Assembly: GCA_963667785.2 (NCBI GenBank)
Contig: CAXXMU010000006.1
Span: forward strand, 960,001-1,024,000
Direction: 5' to 3'
Length of the DNA: 64,000 bases
Source of the DNA: Alphaproteobacteria bacterium
GTDB taxonomy: Bacteria > Pseudomonadota > Alphaproteobacteria > UBA828
Both the position numbers and the translations under genes were made by a program. The notes under the pieces are model-generated. The model did no database searches, was not told where the DNA came from, and saw nothing but the letters and a program-made list of their open reading frames with translations. Of the stretch, positions 19,073 to 28,647 are shown piece after piece (position 1 is the first letter of the stretch; the number at the start of each line of letters is the position of its first letter).

Positions 19073-22000
19073 ATGGCGCCTCGTCGAGGGAGCCCCGGCG
19101 AGGCTAGGATCGCCTTCGACGCCGTTTCGATCGTTGGCGGTCTGCTCGGGGCTGAATGGTTTGCGAAGGTGGCCCAGCTCCAAGCCGCCGCCCAAGAGCC
19201 AGCCGACTACGGCGTTCCAATGGGGCTTCACATCCGCGACGAGATTGCTCGGAGCTGGCGCATTGCCCAGGCGCGCTTTCGTGAGTTGGAGGCAGGTCGC
19301 GCCTCGGGGGGTGACGCCACCGCGCTTGCCGAGAGATTCGTTGAGGCGTTTCTCAGAGACGCACTATGTTTCACATCCTTAGTGCGGGCTGAGCCGAAGA
19401 TGATCGGCGATCAGGTTTATCCGGTCCGATTCTTCGCTCTCGAAGATCGAGTCCCCGTTGTAGTTGCCCCAGCGGGAGTGGGTCTTGACACCCCTCTGCC
19501 CGAGCTCGGGGATGAGTGGCGCCGGCGGAGCGCTTTTGGCCTCCTGCAGGAGACTCTGAACGCCTCTGGTGCCGCGCTTTGGGGTCTCGCGGTCGACGGA
19601 TTGTCCATACGGGTCGCGCGAGACAACGCGAGCCTCACGCGGCCGGCGTGGATCAATGCGGACCTCGACCAGATCTTTAGGGAGGACCTGTATCCCGACT
19701 TCGCCGCGCTTTGGCTGCTCGCCCATGAGTCACGATTCGGCCGGGCTGAGGATCCGCCGGAGATGTGCCCATTGGAGGTGTGGCGCGAAACCGGCCGGCA
19801 AGAGGGGACTCGAGCGCGAGACAAGCTGAGCGATGGCTTCCGGCAGACACTTGAAATTCTGGGACAGGGGTTCCTGTCCCACACCGCGAACACCAAGCTT
19901 CGTTCCGCGCTGCACGCGGGAGAGCTCACGAAGGAGCATTATTTCGGGCAACTTCTGCGGCTAGTCTACCGACTTGTCTTTCTGCTTACGGTCGAAGAGC
20001 GGAATTTGTTGCACCCGAGCGATGCATCCGCTTCCGCCCGTGATCTCTATACCAACGGATACGGTATACGTCGCCTTCGGGATCGGGCGATCCACGGAAG
20101 TGCCCACGACCGGCAAGGCGATCTCTGGCAGGCGGTCAAAATCGTCTTTCAGAGCGTCGCGGTTGGGGAGCCAAGACTTGGGCTGCCCGCCCTCGCTGGC
20201 CTGTTCGCGGTGGAAGAGTGCCCGGACCTCGATGCAGCGCAACTTGAAAACCGGGCGCTCCTCGGCGCTCTTTTCCATCTGGCGTGGCTGCGCGAGTCCT
20301 CGGGGCTCGCTCGCGTGAACTGGCGCGATATGGGTCCGGATGAGCTCGGCTACGTCTATGAGGGCCTGCTGGAGCTGGTTCCGCAAATCGGCGAGGACGG
20401 ACGTTCCTTCTTCTTCGCCAGCACAGAAGAAAGCAAGGGGCATGCACGGAAAGTAACCGGAAGCTACTACACCCCGGACGAACTCGTTCAGCGTCTCCTC
20501 GCGAGCGCCCTCGATCCCGTGGTAGAACAAACGGTCCAGGCACATCCCGACCGACCCGTTGACGCCCTTCTCGAGCTATCGATTGTTGATCCCGCCTGTG
20601 GGTCAGGACACTTCCTGCTCGCTGCGGCGCGTCGGCTAGCCGATCGCATCGCGCGCATCCGGGTGGGGGGTACGCCTACGCCCAACGACTACCAGCACGC
20701 TCTGCGCGACGTCGTTCGCCGTTGCGTTTACGGTGTCGATCAAAACCCGTTAGCCGTTGAGCTTTGCAAGGTGAGCCTTTGGATGGAATCGATTGATCCG
20801 GGCCTGCCGCTCACGTTTCTGGAGAGCCACATCCGGTGTGGCAATTCGCTGATTGGGACGAACCGCGCGCTAATGGACGAACATGTGCCTGACTCCGCAT
20901 GGGTCGTCCTAGAGGGGGACGACAAGGAGGTTACCAGATCACTTAAGCGGCTCAACAGGAAGGAGGCAGCCGGTGAACGGCGCCTTCCATTCGAAGCCCG
21001 AAACGAGATAGCCGCTCTGCGCGCCGACGTGCTGGCGATTGAACAAGCCCCTGACGTGGATGTCGCTGACTTGGCTGAGAAAACTCGAGAGTGGAAGGCG
21101 CTCTTGGCTTCGCAGGCCTACGAACACCAAAAACTCGTGGCGGACGCGTGGTGTGCTGCTTTCCTCTGGCCCAAGAATGAACCAGGCCCAGTCGTCGAAG
21201 CCGCGCCAACCACCGCCACGTGGCTCGCGCTTCGCAACAAGGATGCACCCCCTTCTTCTATACTTGTTGAGACAACGCAGCACATCGCCGAGGAGTACGG
21301 CCTTTTCCACTGGGAGCTGGCATTTCCGCACATCTTTGCGCGTGGAGGTTTCGACGTCGTGCTCGGCAACCCACCTTGGGAACGAGTTAAACTCCAGGAG
21401 CGAGAGTTCTTCGATAAGCGCGAGCCCGTCATAGCAAATGCGCGAAACGCTGCCGAGCGAAAGAAGCTCATCGCCGCGCTTCCGACCATGAATCCGGTTC
21501 TCTGGAAGGAGTGGAGCCGCGCAACACGCGTCGCACAAGGACAAAGCCATTTCATGCGACAATCCGGCCGCTACCCGCTCTGCGGAAAGGGCGACGTCAA
21601 CACTTACGCACTGTTTGCTGAGCACAATTGGAAGGTGCTGGCGCCTCGCGGTTGCGCAGGCTTCATCGTACCCGGCGGGATTGTCACCGACGATACGACG
21701 AAGGAGTATTTTCAGGCACTTCTTGACGGCAGTGCCCTTGCTAGCGTCCATCACTTCGAAAACGAGAGCCTCGTTTTCAAGGGCTTACATCACGCATATC
21801 GGTTCGTACTACTGACAGTTAGGGAATCCGATCAAGCCGACCTCGTTTTCTATGCAAGGCGCGCAGTCGATCTCGATGACAGCCGGCGGCACTTCTCGCT
21901 GACTCCTGCTGACTTTGCGACGCTGAACCCGAACACGCGCACCTGTCCCACGTTCAGATCACGCCGGGATGCAGAAATCAACTTGGCAATATACCGCCGA

Positions 22001-23017
22001 GCGGGCGTAATGTGGCGGGAGGGAGATCCGGACGGGAACCCATGGGGTGTGAGATTTCTGAGCCTATTTCATATGGCCAATGATTCCGGTTTGTTTCGTA
22101 CTACCGGCGAGTTGGTCTCGGGTGGTTGGAATCTGAACGCAGGCCGTTTCGAGAAAGACGAAAAGATTATGTTGCCCCTGTACGAGGGGAAGATGGTGCA
22201 CCTATACGATCATCGTTTCGGTACGTATGAAGGGCAGAGCAAGGCTCAGGCGAACCAAGGCAAGCTTCCCGAACTCGATCACGTTGCCCATGCCGATCCA
22301 AAGCGGGTAACGCTGCCGAGGTATTGGGTTGCGGACGACGAAGTGGCGGCGAGACTGGACAATACATGGGATAGGGATTGGCTGCTTGGTTGGAGGGACG
22401 TTACCGGTGCAGGGGTGTTAAGAACTGTCATCGCTTGTATCATCCCCAGAGCCGCTGTGAACCACAAGTTTCCGTTATTGATCCCGTCTTCTGATCCGCA
22501 ACTTGTTGCGAATCTTAGCGCAAACCTGTCCAGCATGCCATTTGACTACTGTGCCCGGCAGAAGGTCGGTGGATTAAGCCTGACCTACTTCACAATGCGA
22601 CAACTTCCAACAATCCATCCGCTGACTTACGGGAGGCCTGCGCCCTGGGAAACCTCGATCAGCATTCGGGACTGGTTCCTTCCCAGAATCCTCGAACTCA
22701 CCTTTACCACGTGGAATCTGAAGGCGTTCGCCGAAGATTGTGGCGATGACAGCCCGCCCTTCATCTGGGACCCTGAGCGCCGCAACCAAATCCGGTGCGA
22801 GATTGATGCAGCATTCTTCCATCTGTACGGAATTTCGCGGGATGATACTGCCTACATTCTCGACACCTTTTCAGTTCTTAAGCAGTCGGAGGAAAGGGTG
22901 CACGAAGAGTACCGAACGAAGCGCGTGGTGCTTGAGATTTATGACGCAATTGCGGCCGCTGCAAAGGAGGGTATGTCCTACGACTCTCCGCTCGGGCCGG
23001 CGAGGAGGATGACGTGA
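19073..23017 (+). CDS. Large N6-adenine DNA methyltransferase (Eco57I/type IIG, DrmMI-like)
   Basis: TGSYYTP, DPACGSGHFL (motif I), GFDVVLGNPPWE (motif IV), C-terminal TRD-like region. Confidence 0.9.
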   Translation: MAPRRGSPGEARIAFDAVSIVGGLLGAEWFAKVAQLQAAAQEPADYGVPMGLHIRDEIARSWRIAQARFRELEAGRASGGDATALAERFVEAFLRDALCFTSLVRAEPKMIGDQVYPVRFFALEDRVPVVVAPAGVGLDTPLPELGDEWRRRSAFGLLQETLNASGAALWGLAVDGLSIRVARDNASLTRPAWINADLDQIFREDLYPDFAALWLLAHESRFGRAEDPPEMCPLEVWRETGRQEGTRARDKLSDGFRQTLEILGQGFLSHTANTKLRSALHAGELTKEHYFGQLLRLVYRLVFLLTVEERNLLHPSDASASARDLYTNGYGIRRLRDRAIHGSAHDRQGDLWQAVKIVFQSVAVGEPRLGLPALAGLFAVEECPDLDAAQLENRALLGALFHLAWLRESSGLARVNWRDMGPDELGYVYEGLLELVPQIGEDGRSFFFASTEESKGHARKVTGSYYTPDELVQRLLASALDPVVEQTVQAHPDRPVDALLELSIVDPACGSGHFLLAAARRLADRIARIRVGGTPTPNDYQHALRDVVRRCVYGVDQNPLAVELCKVSLWMESIDPGLPLTFLESHIRCGNSLIGTNRALMDEHVPDSAWVVLEGDDKEVTRSLKRLNRKEAAGERRLPFEARNEIAALRADVLAIEQAPDVDVADLAEKTREWKALLASQAYEHQKLVADAWCAAFLWPKNEPGPVVEAAPTTATWLALRNKDAPPSSILVETTQHIAEEYGLFHWELAFPHIFARGGFDVVLGNPPWERVKLQEREFFDKREPVIANARNAAERKKLIAALPTMNPVLWKEWSRATRVAQGQSHFMRQSGRYPLCGKGDVNTYALFAEHNWKVLAPRGCAGFIVPGGIVTDDTTKEYFQALLDGSALASVHHFENESLVFKGLHHAYRFVLLTVRESDQADLVFYARRAVDLDDSRRHFSLTPADFATLNPNTRTCPTFRSRRDAEINLAIYRRAGVMWREGDPDGNPWGVRFLSLFHMANDSGLFRTTGELVSGGWNLNAGRFEKDEKIMLPLYEGKMVHLYDHRFGTYEGQSKAQANQGKLPELDHVAHADPKRVTLPRYWVADDEVAARLDNTWDRDWLLGWRDVTGAGVLRTVIACIIPRAAVNHKFPLLIPSSDPQLVANLSANLSSMPFDYCARQKVGGLSLTYFTMRQLPTIHPLTYGRPAPWETSISIRDWFLPRILELTFTTWNLKAFAEDCGDDSPPFIWDPERRNQIRCEIDAAFFHLYGISRDDTAYILDTFSVLKQSEERVHEEYRTKRVVLEIYDAIAAAAKEGMSYDSPLGPARRMT

Positions 23018-24258
23018 GGCGATTCCAGCTTCGTGAGATCCGCGTCGACAACTACCGATGCTTCAAAGAGTTGAAGCTTTCACTAGAGGACGATACCACC
23101 GTACTCTTCGCGGAGAACGGCGGCGGAAAAACCGCATTGTTGACGGCTGTCGCAATGGGTCTCGCCGCATTCCAGAGGGGTTCGCCGAAGAAGCTAAAGC
23201 TCGAAGCAGGGCGCGATCCCAGAATGCTCACTCTCGACGAAAAGGGGCGACGCGAAGCAGTAGGTGAGTGCAAGGTCGCGTGGACTGCCGACGTGGGAGA
23301 AACAGAATCCGTGTCTTGGTCAACGACGACTCGGCCCGCGTCCGGACGCACTACGAACCAACACCAAGCAATCCTCGAGGCTCTGGAACGATTACGGGTT
23401 CCGAGAGATCGGTGGCCATTATTCGCTTGGTACGGCGTCGATCGACTCGGACGTCGCCGCAACGGACGGCGCAGGGTTGACCGTACCAAGGACCGGTGGG
23501 AGGCCTACGCCTCCGCGCTCGATCCGAACCTCGATGAGGCCCCATTGCTCCAATGGCTCCAGGACGAGATTCTCGGAGACGTGGTCCGGAGGCGGCAGGA
23601 CGAACCGGAGCGGTTCTTCCATGCGTCTGTGATGAACGCAACGGTCCTAGCGACGCCCGGCGTAACGAACGCTTGGTACGACCCGGTTGAACAGGGTCCG
23701 ATGGTGCGCTTCGAGAACGGACAGGTGGCGCCGTGGTCCGAACTGTCAGACGGATACCATGTGTTCATTGCCCTGGTTGCCGACATCGCCCGCCGCGCGG
23801 TCATGCTCAATGAGATCGACGGGGCTGAAGCGCCTGCAAGAGTGGAGGGCGTCGTACTCATTGACGAACTCGATCTCCACCTACACCCGCGATGGCAGCG
23901 CATTGCGCTTCCGCACCTTCGCAAAGCATTCCCGAGACTGCAGTTTGTCATCACCACACACTCGCCGCAGATATTGAGCAGCGCCGAGAATCGCCAAGTT
24001 CGCCGGCTCTTGGACGGAAAGCTTCAGGAAGACCACGTGCTCGTGGAGGGTAGGGATACTAACGCAATCCTTCGAGAGTACATGCTCACCGAAGACCGTG
24101 ACGAAGAAGGAACCCGGGCTCTGCGGGAACTCCACAATTGCATCGACCAAGGTCGTCGCAGAGAGGCCGAAGAGCTGTACCAGGTACTACTTGAGCGCTG
24201 GGGCGACCTCGATCCCACGTTAATTCGAACGAAGGCACTCATGGACCCGGAGGAGTAA
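23014..24258 (+). CDS. ABC-type ATPase (Septu/retron PtuA-like)
   Basis: AENGGGKT Walker A, LSDGY signature, VLIDELDLHLHPRWQ, TTHSPQ; GTGA overlap with the methyltransferase. Confidence 0.85.
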   Translation: MRRFQLREIRVDNYRCFKELKLSLEDDTTVLFAENGGGKTALLTAVAMGLAAFQRGSPKKLKLEAGRDPRMLTLDEKGRREAVGECKVAWTADVGETESVSWSTTTRPASGRTTNQHQAILEALERLRVPRDRWPLFAWYGVDRLGRRRNGRRRVDRTKDRWEAYASALDPNLDEAPLLQWLQDEILGDVVRRRQDEPERFFHASVMNATVLATPGVTNAWYDPVEQGPMVRFENGQVAPWSELSDGYHVFIALVADIARRAVMLNEIDGAEAPARVEGVVLIDELDLHLHPRWQRIALPHLRKAFPRLQFVITTHSPQILSSAENRQVRRLLDGKLQEDHVLVEGRDTNAILREYMLTEDRDEEGTRALRELHNCIDQGRRREAEELYQVLLERWGDLDPTLIRTKALMDPEE

Positions 24259-24259
24259 A

Positions 24260-25003
24260 GTGCGTGGCATACGGAAGCCTCGGCGTCCGAGCGATGCCTA
24301 TCCGAATGGTCAAGCGCAAGTAAGCCTCCGTCAAGCAGAGAACGCCTATCTAGCAGCACTTCCGACGGCACCCGATCCTGTGTCCTTTGCGCGCTCAGAA
24401 TTCGATCAGCTGGATAAGCCAAAGCTTCGGGCAGTGATGTATCGGGAACAGCGATCTCTTTGCATATTTTGCGAACGGCGAGTCTCGGAGGGCCATCCAA
24501 CGCCTCGGATCGATCACTGGTACCCGCTGAGCTGCAATCCCAATCTTGCGCTCCAATGGACCAACTTACATCTATCCTGCTCCTCGCTTGAGACCTGCGA
24601 CTCTGCCAAGGACAACCACCCTTTCGCAGCCATGCCTTTGCCCGTGAATTTTCGTTACGAAGACTTCGTTGGCTTCACGAGCGGCGGAGAAATTTACGTT
24701 CGCTCGGATGTCCCATTGCCGAATGCTACTCGCCAAGCGTTGAAGCTCGCAATTGAAGATTTTCCTGCTGGCCCTCAACTTCAGCGGAGCATCATCAACC
24801 TGAACCATCCGGCCTTGGTCGCGGCGCGGGCAGCACAGGTTGATGCCGAGCGCACACGCCTTCAGAAGGCTTTCAGGAATACAACTGCAACAAGGGTGCA
24901 GCGCAATCAGCGGGCCACTCAGCTACTCGGCCAGCATCCGCGTCCCGCGTTCGTGAGCATCCGTGTCGCTTGGCTTCGAAAGACACTGGGACGAGGTCGG
25001 TGA
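24260..25003 (+). CDS. HNH endonuclease (PtuB/TIGR02646-like)
   Basis: EQRSLCIFCER...IDHWYP...WTNLHLSC...CDSAK. Confidence 0.8.
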   Translation: MRGIRKPRRPSDAYPNGQAQVSLRQAENAYLAALPTAPDPVSFARSEFDQLDKPKLRAVMYREQRSLCIFCERRVSEGHPTPRIDHWYPLSCNPNLALQWTNLHLSCSSLETCDSAKDNHPFAAMPLPVNFRYEDFVGFTSGGEIYVRSDVPLPNATRQALKLAIEDFPAGPQLQRSIINLNHPALVAARAAQVDAERTRLQKAFRNTTATRVQRNQRATQLLGQHPRPAFVSIRVAWLRKTLGRGR

Positions 25004-25767
25004 TGCTCGCGGCGGTTACGATCACCCGTCTGGAGAAGGCTGCAACCGACAATGGTTTCGACCTCAATCTTGAACATACGGACGACTGGCTCTCTTTCGG
25101 TAGTAGTCAGACCTCGATGCGGATTTGGCTAACAGCCTTGGGAGATTCGGGAGTTGTTGGAGCCACGTCACGGGCGGACGTGCTCGACAGTCTATCGGGC
25201 TTTGGCGTGATGTTCACCAAGTTACTCCCGACCGGCGCAGCCGGCGCGCGGCGCGCCAATGACGTTGCCACGCTCCATCAATTCCTGCGTCGTGCGTTCC
25301 AGCTTTCGCGTACACTGCCGGACGCTCTGTTGCAGGAGTTTGAGGGTGAAATTTCGAACCTGTGCCGCACGACGGAAGCCGAGCGCTTGGTTATCCGGCG
25401 AGTCGGCCAAGACATCTTCCGCCGCGGCTTGTTCGAATTCTGGGACGGTCGGTGTGCGATCAGCAGCCTCGCCGTTCCCGAACTCCTCCGCGCGAGCCAC
25501 ATCAAGCCTTGGGCCGACTGCGATACGGACGCGGAGCGTCTCGATGTCTTCAACGGTTTGTTGCTGGCACCCCATTTCGATGCGGCATTTGATTCCGGTT
25601 TCATGACAATCGCAGAGGACGGAACGGTGTTGCTCTCCGATACTCTCCATTCTGGCACCCGGTCGGTTCTGGGTCTTGATGGATCGCTGAAGCTCCGCGG
25701 ACTGCACCGCGCTCACGAGCGTTACCTGCCATGGCATCGATCCAAGATATTCCAAAAAAATGACTAG
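25003..25767 (+). CDS. HNH endonuclease with unknown N-terminal domain (type IV restriction-like)
   Basis: RVGQDIFR...CAISSL...ASHIKPW...NGLLL...FDSG; TGATG overlap with the previous gene. Confidence 0.85.
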   Translation: MLAAVTITRLEKAATDNGFDLNLEHTDDWLSFGSSQTSMRIWLTALGDSGVVGATSRADVLDSLSGFGVMFTKLLPTGAAGARRANDVATLHQFLRRAFQLSRTLPDALLQEFEGEISNLCRTTEAERLVIRRVGQDIFRRGLFEFWDGRCAISSLAVPELLRASHIKPWADCDTDAERLDVFNGLLLAPHFDAAFDSGFMTIAEDGTVLLSDTLHSGTRSVLGLDGSLKLRGLHRAHERYLPWHRSKIFQKND

Positions 25768-25840
25768 AGTACGATTCCTTCTGAAAAACCAGAGGCTTAC
25801 GCCGGATCAAACAGGGATCTCGATCAAATGTCGGTCTCGG

Positions 25841-25898
25841 TGGTTGCGAGCCCCCGCAACCAAAGAAGCCCCTGAAAACATTGATGTTTTCGGGGGCT
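25841..25898. other. Candidate element boundary: att-like palindrome followed by a terminator-like hairpin
   Basis: TGGTTGCG-AGCCCC-CGCAACCA (25841-25862); hairpin AGCCCCTGAAAACA-TTGA-TGTTTTCGGGGGCT (25867-25898). Confidence 0.45.
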
Positions 25899-26455
25899 CT
25901 TCGATTCCAGATATTGGCTGCATTTCGCGCGATCAACACATAGTCAACACCGATGCGCGGGCGCAGACTCGTGGCCGGCCCGTGTTGAGCGTTCGAGGGC
26001 GCGAGGCCGGCGCCGTTGCTTCGCATGGCTGGGCCGCCACCGATCGCCGGGACGCGATCCAGTGCAAAGGCTGTCATTCGCCGGGGTATCGGCGGGCGCC
26101 TTCGATTCCCGCGAGGCTGCCGGCGGTTTGGGCCGGGGTGGACGAGCACCCTCACAGTGCAGTGGGGGCAGGGTGTGAGGTGCATGCGCCGGGCCTCGTC
26201 GGTTTGCGGGGTCCGCGGTCCGCCGGGGTTTGGCGCGCGGGGCGACGCGGTTCGGTATAGAGGTAACGGGTCGGCAGGCGCGAGACCACCGGCAGGACTC
26301 AGCGCGGCGCGCGAGACGGGCAACGAGTCGAACGCCGGAGGCAACGGGCGGTCTGCGACCTAGTGGGCGGTCCGAGCCATCGTCCACGCGGCTCGATTTG
26401 CTGTACGCAGTGGCATGTATTTGGATAGTCGCCAGCCTGACGAAACGGAGAAGCC

Positions 26456-27097
26456 ATGGACCTGGATGTCGAACGCCTCCTCGGCGCCGTGGAGCGCAGG
26501 GTGTCGTCCCTGGAGCGCGACGGACAGGCCGCGCGCGCGGTCACCCTCGCCCGCAGCTACGCGACGACGGTGGAGGACCTCTGGGATGCCGTGACGAGCG
26601 CGGAACGAATCCCGCGCTGGTTCCTGCCGGTCAGCGGCCGCCTGGAACCCGGCGGTCGCTACCAACTGGAGGGAAACGCAGGCGGCATGATCGTGCACTG
26701 CGAGCCTCCGTCGCATCTCGGGCTGACGTGGGAGTTCGGCGGTGACGTGAGCTGGGTGGAGGCGCGTCTGTGCGACGACGGTACCGGTCGCTCGCGCCTG
26801 GCGATTGCGCATACCGCGCTGGTGTCCGACCACTGGCACACGTTCGGTCCCGGTGCCGTCGGCGTCGGTTGGGAGATGGGCTTGCTGGGGATGGAGTTGC
26901 ACCTTACGCGGCCGGACGAACCCAGGCTGGACGCGGCGACGTTCCACACGACCCGTGACGGAAGGGCGCTCATCGTCGGCAGCAGCGCGGCGTGGGGCCG
27001 GGCGGCCGAGGCAGCGGGAACGGACCCCGACGTTGCGCGCGCAGCGGCGCAGCGTACGGCGGCCTTCTACACGGGCGACGCGGTCGCGCCGGATTGA
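26456..27097 (+). CDS. SRPBCC/AHSA1 domain protein
   Basis: RSYATTVEDLWDAVTSAERIPRWF...GPGAVGVGWE. Confidence 0.85.
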   Translation: MDLDVERLLGAVERRVSSLERDGQAARAVTLARSYATTVEDLWDAVTSAERIPRWFLPVSGRLEPGGRYQLEGNAGGMIVHCEPPSHLGLTWEFGGDVSWVEARLCDDGTGRSRLAIAHTALVSDHWHTFGPGAVGVGWEMGLLGMELHLTRPDEPRLDAATFHTTRDGRALIVGSSAAWGRAAEAAGTDPDVARAAAQRTAAFYTGDAVAPD

Positions 27098-27281
27098 TGC
27101 ACGCCTTCGACGTGCGCCGCGACGCGAGTGTTGCGCTGGAGTGGAGTTCCGGCGGCTCGATGAGCGACCGGGGGAGCGGCCGCTTCCGAGGCGTATCTGT
27201 AGAGACCACCCTGAGTTTGAGGAGTCTGTCGATGATCCGTGAGCGTATCGCCGGGATCGCTGTTGCGGGAGTCACCAACAG

Positions 27282-28241
27282 TTGACCGATCAGTCACGTT
27301 CCGATGTGGAGGGCCGCCGGGAAACGCTCGAGTTCGCCCTGCCCGAGCCCTCCGCAACCCTTGATCTCGCGATGGACGACGGCGCGCCGATACGCGTCGT
27401 GCGCCACGGCAACCCCTGCGGACCGCGCGTGGTGCTGAGCCACGGCAACGGCTTCGCCAGCGATTCCTACTTCCCATTCTGGCGGCTGATGCTGGAGCGG
27501 TTCGACCTCGCCCTCTTCGATATCCGCAACTGCGGGCGCAACCCGTTCCACGCAGCCCAGCCGCATGACTACCCGCGCTTCGCGCGCGACAACGCGGCGG
27601 TGCATGGCGCCATCGCGAAGGAATGGGGCGGGAAGACCACGATCGGTGTTTTCCACTCCATGTCGGCGATCGCGGCGCTGCTCGCGGTTGTCGACGGCGT
27701 CTGGCACTGGGATGCGCTGGTGCTGTTCGACCCGCCGGTGGTCCCGCCGGAAGGCAATCCGCTGCGCGGCCCGCTAATGACCGAGGGCGAGGTGCTGCGC
27801 GATGCTGCCCTGATCCGCCAGAACCGGTTCCCGGACCCCGGCGGACTGGCCGACGTGTTTCGTCACCTGCACCGCTTCCGCCGCCTGCGGAAAGGGGTGG
27901 CGGAACTCAACGCGCGCTCGGTGCTGCGCTTCGATCCCGCGAGCGGAGACTGGCTGCTCTGCTGTCCCGGCCCGGTCGAGGCCGGTCTCTACGTCGAGGT
28001 CGCCGGGCTGCCGATTTGGCGGGCGCCGGCCCCGCCGGCGCGCCCGCTCCTGATCGTCGGCTCCGACCCCGAGCCTGAGGACGCGCCGAAGACCGCGCCC
28101 TGCTGCAGGCTGTTCTGCGAGACTTTCGGCATCGATTACGCCTTCGTGCCCGAGACAAGCCATCTCCTGCAGCTTGAGGAGCCGGAACGCTGCTTCGCTC
28201 TGTTCAGCGGCTTCCTCGCCGATAACGGGATTGGCGCATGA
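27282..28241 (+). CDS. Alpha/beta hydrolase
   Basis: SHGNGF oxyanion motif, GVFHSMS nucleophile elbow, C-terminal SHLLQLEEP. Confidence 0.85.
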   Translation: MTDQSRSDVEGRRETLEFALPEPSATLDLAMDDGAPIRVVRHGNPCGPRVVLSHGNGFASDSYFPFWRLMLERFDLALFDIRNCGRNPFHAAQPHDYPRFARDNAAVHGAIAKEWGGKTTIGVFHSMSAIAALLAVVDGVWHWDALVLFDPPVVPPEGNPLRGPLMTEGEVLRDAALIRQNRFPDPGGLADVFRHLHRFRRLRKGVAELNARSVLRFDPASGDWLLCCPGPVEAGLYVEVAGLPIWRAPAPPARPLLIVGSDPEPEDAPKTAPCCRLFCETFGIDYAFVPETSHLLQLEEPERCFALFSGFLADNGIGA

Positions 28242-28647
28242 CAGAGCGGCGCCGCGTCCGGCTCCTGGCCTGGTGATGCCTCAACCACCACCGGCACGAA
28301 CCGGCCGGTGGGACCGGCGCGCTCAGGCTCGCGAAGCAGACGCCGCCATCTGAAAATCTGGTTGGCGTTGAAGTTCTAGCACTGCGCTACCATCGGCACA
28401 GAGACCCCGGGCTCCTGGGTCTCCGCCACTATCTGACGCTTCAGCGCATCGCTCCACCGTCGCCGGCGGCGGCGACGGACCTGACCAACGCTCGCAGCGC
28501 CCGGATTCTCCTCACCAACTGACATCAGCTAAGTGTCCACCTAAATCGAAGTGGACACTTACGAAGCATCCACTACACGGACGCTCAGCCTGACAAAGCT
28601 CGTGCCGCCAGAACAGGCGGCCTACACCGGATGGATACGTTGAAGCT

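Noticed and set aside
23014-25003. Type I-A retron, suggested by the PtuAB-like pair
   Set aside because: No reverse transcriptase gene in the window and no intergenic room for msr-msd next to these genes
25900-26450. Possible riboswitch or ncRNA upstream of the SRPBCC gene
   Set aside because: Only generic GC-rich hairpins; no riboswitch consensus recognised
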